From Actinomycetes bacterium (GTDB taxonomy: Bacteria > Actinomycetota > Acidimicrobiia > Acidimicrobiales > Acidimicrobiaceae), in NCBI GenBank assembly GCA_021810525.1, contig JAJZIP010000002.1:2122-66121 (forward strand): a stretch of 64,000 bases of DNA, given 5' to 3'. How positions within the stretch are numbered: position 1 is the stretch's first letter; each line of letters starts with the position of its first letter. Positions 59,432 through 64,000 of the stretch are shown here, piece after piece. The notes under the pieces were generated by a model, which saw nothing but the letters and a program-made list of their open reading frames with translations, had not been told where the DNA came from and did not search any database. The position numbers and the translations under genes were made by a program.

Positions 59432-60964
59432 ATGTTTTCAACGACAAACAACTCTGTTACGGATTGGAGACTGAAGCAAAACTTTCTCCGATTCTTCGTC
59501 TTTTGCACCGGCGCAGCCGTGATGGCGGTGGAGTTCAGTGCGCAAAGGCTCCTAGAACCTTTCTTCGGCAACTCCGAAATCGTATGGGCAACTCTGATCG
59601 GTGTCATCCTTCTCGCGCTCTCGACTGGCTACGCGATAGGCGGGCGGGCTGCTGACAGATGGCCAGTCCCGCAAGGCATTGCTCTGCTGAGCCTTGGAGC
59701 AGGGCTATTTGTCGCGCTATTGCCAATGCTTTCGAGCCCTCTACTCACATCGGTAAGCGGCGGTCTATTGGATACACCCGCCGGCCTAGTGATCGCGTCT
59801 CTACTTGGAACGACGGTTCTCTTCGTACCCCCAGTCGTCGCATTGGGCGCGGTCTCTCCCTATGCGGTGCGTCTCCTCATTCAGAACAGAGATAGCGTCG
59901 GCCGTAAGACTGGTTCCCTTTACTTTTGGTCCACTTTTGGCAGTCTGGCGGGAACGTTCTTGCCTACGCTTTATACGATTCCGAGCTTTGGTGTGAGAGC
60001 AACCATGTGGGCATCTGCAGGCATCCTTCTGTTGCTCGGGCTAGGAACCCTTGGAAAACCGATTCTTCTCATCGGTAGCCTTCTTCCGATGGCAATGAGC
60101 CAAGCTTCTCCTCCGCTGCTCAAACCTGTAAAGGGCCTCATCACCGAAGTCCAGACCCCTTATCAGTTCGCCGAGGTCTACAAGCTAAACAGCACTGAAA
60201 CCGCATTATCGGTCAACGACTCCGCCGGCATCCAATCGCTCTATACCCCAAATCGCCTCACAGGACTTTACTACGACGCCTATTTGACACTTCCTTTTAT
60301 GTTTCCCAAAACCCAGCAGGTAAACACTCTCCTAATTGGAATGGCGGCAGGAACGATTCCCACATTGTATTCAAGAGATGTCGACCCATTTCGCGCGAGG
60401 GTTTCGATCACGGGAGTAGAGATCGATCCAAAACTCGTGCAACTGGGGACCAAGTACTTCCATCTGCAGCCCTCCGCCGCGAAGATCGTGAACACGGACG
60501 GCCGGGTATACATTAGGACCACTAAAGCAAAGTTCAACCTCATGATCGTCGATGCCTATAGCCAAGAAATCTACATTCCCTTTTACCTGACGACAAAAGA
60601 GTTCTTCCAGGAGTGCCTTGCGCACCTCGACCAAAATGGAATACTGGCAATGAATGTCAATGCCACCTCGTCCCATGCCCCACTTCTGAGAGCGATTGAA
60701 CGGACATTGCTAACCGTCTTCCCGCACATATATTTGGCAAAAGCTCCTGGAGCATATAACGAGTTGCTGGTAGCCAGCAGAGATCCAATCGGCCTGCCTG
60801 CCGATTCTGCACTCCCACAGTTCCTGGACAAAGTGAGAGCCTCGCTTGCCCTGACCTGGGACACCCCGAACCCCGGCAAAGGAATAATTCTCACAGACAA
60901 CCATGCACCGGTTCAACAGATGACCAATCAGATGATCTTCAATGAACTTGGAGCAAAGTTGTAG
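59432..60964 (+). CDS. fused polytopic membrane domain / spermidine synthase-like (aminopropyltransferase fold) protein
   Basis: The N-terminal 210 aa or so have about 7 TM helices. The C-terminus has LIGMAAGTIP, TGVEIDPKLVQLGTKYFHL, KFNLMIVDAYS, and a class I MTase/SpeE-like fold. Confidence 0.8.
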   Translation: MFSTTNNSVTDWRLKQNFLRFFVFCTGAAVMAVEFSAQRLLEPFFGNSEIVWATLIGVILLALSTGYAIGGRAADRWPVPQGIALLSLGAGLFVALLPMLSSPLLTSVSGGLLDTPAGLVIASLLGTTVLFVPPVVALGAVSPYAVRLLIQNRDSVGRKTGSLYFWSTFGSLAGTFLPTLYTIPSFGVRATMWASAGILLLLGLGTLGKPILLIGSLLPMAMSQASPPLLKPVKGLITEVQTPYQFAEVYKLNSTETALSVNDSAGIQSLYTPNRLTGLYYDAYLTLPFMFPKTQQVNTLLIGMAAGTIPTLYSRDVDPFRARVSITGVEIDPKLVQLGTKYFHLQPSAAKIVNTDGRVYIRTTKAKFNLMIVDAYSQEIYIPFYLTTKEFFQECLAHLDQNGILAMNVNATSSHAPLLRAIERTLLTVFPHIYLAKAPGAYNELLVASRDPIGLPADSALPQFLDKVRASLALTWDTPNPGKGIILTDNHAPVQQMTNQMIFNELGAKL

Positions 60965-61224
60965 GATCTAAGTGACTACATGGTGACGCATTCATGACAA
61001 ATCCTGCTGATCCAAAATCCCATGCCAGGCTTTGAATTTAGACAGTCCCCAATCTAAGGACAGAAGCTCGGATTCGTAGTCCATGCCAGGAAGGATGTGA
61101 TCCCAGAGGCGCAGCTCTCACAGCCGATATGGCTGCTCACGACGGACTTACCAGTTGCAATAAAGCATTCACGATTTCAGGTGTGCCCAAGCCCACCCGC
61201 TAAAATCACACACCAAATCCACAG

Positions 61225-63129
61225 CTACATCTCGGAGAGCTCCACTTCAGAGTTTGCTTGTGGAGCAAATTGGGTGGTATAGAGCTCTGCATAGAGGCCA
61301 TTCTTAGCCAACAGTTGTTCATGGCGTCCCCTTTCTACGATTCGCCCCTCAGAAATTACGAGAATCTGATCTGCGTCCCGGACTGTTGAGAGACGGTGTG
61401 CAATAACTATCGAAGTCCGCCCGCTCAATGCCGTCTTTAAGGCGAGCTGCACCGCGACCTCTGACTCAGAGTCCAAATGAGCGGTCGCCTCGTCCAACAC
61501 GACCACGTCCGGAGCCTTGAGGAGAAGTCTTGCAATTGCTACCCTTTGCTTCTCGCCTCCGGAAAGCCGGTATCCGCGCTCTCCCACCTCGGTATCCAAG
61601 CCATCGGGAAGTGACCCGATCAGCGGTTGGATCTGAGCCGCTCTCAACGCTTCCATTAGCTCCTCGTCGGTAGCATCAGGCTTCGCGTACAACAAATTGG
61701 ACCGCAGGGTCTCATGAAACAGGTGCACGTCCTGGGTCACCACACCTATCACCTTTTGGATCGATTCCAGCGTCGCATCCCTCACGTCGACGCCACTGAT
61801 CAAGACTTGACCGCCTGTGACATCGTAAAGCCGAGACACCAGATGGCTCAGTGTCGTCTTGCCTGCACCAGAAGGACCGACAAGGGCAATGAGCTCTCCT
61901 GGCTCAGCGTGAAAAGATACGTCGAAGAGCACCTGGCTGGTTGGCGTCTGGTCCAGCACCGCCACCGACTCGAGAGACGCCAGAGAGACCTCGTCAGCGG
62001 TTGGATACCGAAAATCGACGTGAATGAAATCGACAGACGCCCCGCCCCTTGGAATATCTACTGCATTTGGCTTTTCGTCAATCATTGGCGCAAGATCCAG
62101 CACCTCGAATACACGATCAAATGACACAAGTGCCGTCATCACATCGACTTGGACATTGCTAAGAGCTGTGAGAGGAGCATAAAGTCTTGTCAGATACTGG
62201 GTCAGCGCCACGACGGTACCCACCGCGAGGACCCCACGGGCTGCCAACACGCCCCCCCAACCATATACCAGAGCAGTTGCAAGCGAGGCCACAAGGAGCA
62301 GAGACGCCATGAAAATCCTGGTATACATGGCCTGAGTTATTCCGATATCGCGAACCCGCCCAGCCTTGCCTTCGAACCCTTTGATCTCCTCCTCACGATG
62401 GCCAAACAGCTTCACCAGCATTGCCCCTGCAACGTTGAACCGTTCGGTCATGGTGTTTGTCATTTGCGCATTTAGGTTGTAGCTCTCCCGGGTTATGGAC
62501 TGAATCCGCTTTCCAACAAAGCGTGCGGGCACGATGAACAGCGGCAGAAGCACAAGAGCTACGAGAGTGATCTCCCATGACAGCACAAGCATCGCTGCAA
62601 GCATGATTACGACACTTATGAAGTTGCTGATCACCGAAGAAAAAGTGTCCGTAAACGCCCTTTGGGCGTCAAGAACATCATTGTTGAGCCGACTCACCAA
62701 AGCGCCCGTCTGAGTCCGGGTAAAGAATGCGACAGGCATCTTCTGAAAGTGGGCAAATACCTGGGTTCTCATGTCGTAGATAAGCCCCTCGCCCACCCGG
62801 GCCGAGATCCACCTCTGCCACAGCGAGAGACCAACGTCGACCAAAGCCAGAGAACCTACCAGCAAAGCGAGCGAGACAATCAACGAAACGTTTTTCTTGA
62901 GAATTCCATCATCGATGATGGCACGATATATAAGAGGGCTAGAGGCTGTGACCACGGCATCAACAACGATCAGGGCCAAAAACACTGTAAGTACAAAACG
63001 ATACGGCCGGGCAAAGGCTGCAATCCTCCGCAGCAATCCTGGTGGAAGCTTTTGCCGCGTCACGGACCCATCTCTGCCGAACGATCGCATCATCCCCCAG
63101 CCCGCCATGCCGCCGCGCATTGGATTCAT
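61225..63129 (-). CDS. ABC exporter, fused permease/ATPase (type I exporter, MsbA/MdlB-like)
   Basis: A 6-TM domain plus NBD: GPSGAGKTT, LSGGEKQRVAIARLLL, VVVLDEATAHLD. Confidence 0.93.
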   Translation of the reverse strand: MNPMRGGMAGWGMMRSFGRDGSVTRQKLPPGLLRRIAAFARPYRFVLTVFLALIVVDAVVTASSPLIYRAIIDDGILKKNVSLIVSLALLVGSLALVDVGLSLWQRWISARVGEGLIYDMRTQVFAHFQKMPVAFFTRTQTGALVSRLNNDVLDAQRAFTDTFSSVISNFISVVIMLAAMLVLSWEITLVALVLLPLFIVPARFVGKRIQSITRESYNLNAQMTNTMTERFNVAGAMLVKLFGHREEEIKGFEGKAGRVRDIGITQAMYTRIFMASLLLVASLATALVYGWGGVLAARGVLAVGTVVALTQYLTRLYAPLTALSNVQVDVMTALVSFDRVFEVLDLAPMIDEKPNAVDIPRGGASVDFIHVDFRYPTADEVSLASLESVAVLDQTPTSQVLFDVSFHAEPGELIALVGPSGAGKTTLSHLVSRLYDVTGGQVLISGVDVRDATLESIQKVIGVVTQDVHLFHETLRSNLLYAKPDATDEELMEALRAAQIQPLIGSLPDGLDTEVGERGYRLSGGEKQRVAIARLLLKAPDVVVLDEATAHLDSESEVAVQLALKTALSGRTSIVIAHRLSTVRDADQILVISEGRIVERGRHEQLLAKNGLYAELYTTQFAPQANSEVELSEM

Positions 63130-63683
63130 CGCGCACCCCCGTCGTGACCTTCAACTGATGCAGTTACCGAAACTGCTTGGCTTCCGCATGATTGTTCAAT
63201 CCCGGCCCAGAAACCGGTCCTGGTGCTGACGATGCTCAAGAGCCGATAGAGTTCCTCACGATCAAGAACAGCAAGCCCCGACAATAGCTCCTCAGCAGCC
63301 GAGCGGCGAACTTCGTCAAGGCGGCTCAAGATCTTGCGGCCCTTTTCAGTCACCGCCACCGAAACAGACCTGCGATCAGCGTTATCGCTGAGGCGCTCAA
63401 CCAATCCGAGAGACTCCAGGGCATCTATCTTGCTGGTAGCTGACCTTGGAACTATCTCCAATTTAGCGGCAATGTCAACCATGCGAAGAGGAGCGTCTGC
63501 AACGGCGACAATTCGTAGCACCTGAGCCTGCGCAACTGTGACTCCGAGCGGAGAAAGTTGTGCTGAAAAATTTCGGTGGAACCTCCGTGCCGCGAGCAAC
63601 ACCAGCTCGGAAAGTCGGACAGGGTTCACACCACCAACCGCCGAATCATCAGGACTGATGGCAGCTGTTTGAGAATTTACCAT
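63126..63683 (-). CDS. MarR family transcriptional regulator
   Basis: Winged-HTH LGVTVAQAQVLRIVAVADAPLRMVDIAAKLEIVPRSATSKIDALESLGLVERLSDNADRRSVSVAVTEKG. 4-nt overlap with the ABC exporter start. Confidence 0.9.
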   Translation of the reverse strand: MVNSQTAAISPDDSAVGGVNPVRLSELVLLAARRFHRNFSAQLSPLGVTVAQAQVLRIVAVADAPLRMVDIAAKLEIVPRSATSKIDALESLGLVERLSDNADRRSVSVAVTEKGRKILSRLDEVRRSAAEELLSGLAVLDREELYRLLSIVSTRTGFWAGIEQSCGSQAVSVTASVEGHDGGAR

Positions 63684-63705
63684 AGTGGGGCTCCAAGATT
63701 TACTG

Positions 63706-63739
63706 AGCTAGGCTCATAATGAGTGTTATGAGCCTAGCT
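63706..63739. promoter_or_regulatory. perfect 14-bp inverted repeat upstream of marR (candidate MarR operator)
   Basis: AGCTAGGCTCATAA tgagtg TTATGAGCCTAGCT, 23-56 nt upstream of the MarR start codon at 63683. Confidence 0.5.
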
Positions 63740-64000
63740 TGTAAAGACAGCTTCGCTGCCGCCATTGTCGGTGACCCGGCGTAGCCCAACGAAGCCGTCA
63801 TTGGCGCCAAGACTCACGATTTCAGCGCAGAAGCTGCGTGGCGAAATCGACCATGACCCCACAATGACATCTGCGAAAAATGAGATTCAGGATCCATTAG
63901 GTCACGAAGGCTTTACCGTATTGACTTATGAGCGAATGTGCAAACGCCACCGAGAATATCGGATGTGCGAAGCCGAAAGCGCGCTTAGCGACCTCCATAG

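Noticed and set aside
60992-61084. 30-aa minus-strand ORF (MDYESELLSLDWGLSKFKAWHGILDQQDLS) in the convergent gap after the ABC exporter
   Set aside because: No SD, very short, and no supporting context. It could be a gene fragment, but the evidence is insufficient.
63864-64000. Partial ORFs at the right edge: plus-strand MTSAKNEIQDPLGHEGFTVLTYERMCKRHREY... from ATG 63864, and a minus-strand C-terminal fragment ...MEVAKRAFGFAHPIFSVAFAHSLISQYGKAFVT ending at 63897
   Set aside because: They are mutually exclusive and too short to judge. Neither has an SD or a recognisable motif. More sequence to the right is needed.
1-64000. CRISPR arrays, rRNA/tRNA genes, prophage or integrase genes, toxin-antitoxin pairs, restriction-modification or other defence systems
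   Set aside because: I looked for regularly spaced direct repeats, rRNA/tRNA signatures and hallmark motifs in every ORF of 60 aa or more and in intergenic gaps over 100 bp, and found none. The window is dominated by housekeeping and cofactor genes.

Overview
This is a 64-kb chromosomal core segment of an Actinomycetota-type genome. The evidence for that placement is a mycothiol ligase (MshC-type), F420-dependent enzymes and phosphatidylinositol-mannoside genes. GC looks moderate by eye and was not computed.

Layout:
(i) 1-939 is a partial secreted-protein gene that the ORF track misses because it runs off the window edge.
(ii) 1215-6152 (minus) is a ppx / CYTH / ppk polyphosphate module.
(iii) Two SEDS (RodA/FtsW-family) genes converge on a BFN (DUF151) gene. 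A PspA/IM30 gene with an extra C-terminal domain follows.
(iv) 10571-41571 is a block of about 31 kb in which every gene is on the minus strand: aroE, mltG, ruvX, alaS, a small membrane protein, DUF948, rarA, aspS, relA, secF, secD, yajC, a class-III aminotransferase, ruvB/A/C, bcp, yebC, pdxT/S, a DUF3048 lipoprotein, a degenerate M48-like protein, pimA, a PIM acyltransferase, pgsA, HIT, thrS, mshC and npdG. As far as I remember, this is the same order as M. tuberculosis Rv2552c-Rv2614c.
(v) Next come fabI, a Ser/Thr-rich secreted protein, an M50 protease and an F420-type LLM oxidoreductase.
(vi) A late-stage cobalamin cluster follows. On the minus strand it holds a ChlI/ChlD-like chelatase, cobN, a cobC/D-cobQ fusion, cbiB, cobS and cobU, preceded by a clear cobalamin riboswitch. 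cobO-cobB are divergent.
(vii) The window ends with an IS630-family transposase remnant, a membrane-fused spermidine-synthase-like gene and a MarR plus ABC-exporter pair.

I saw no rRNA, tRNA, CRISPR array, prophage or recognisable defence system. I did not find a convincing stand-alone novel system. The most unusual items are:
- a non-CHAD CYTH protein embedded between ppk and ppx;
- the SEDS-BFN arrangement without a class B PBP;
- a PspA fused to a PspAA-like domain;
- a catalytically dead M48-like membrane protein;
- candidate small ORFs, including a Cys-rich one, around the M50 protease and LLM oxidoreductase genes;
- a riboswitch hidden inside an over-extended ORF call.

All family assignments come from reading motifs by eye. 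No searches were run.
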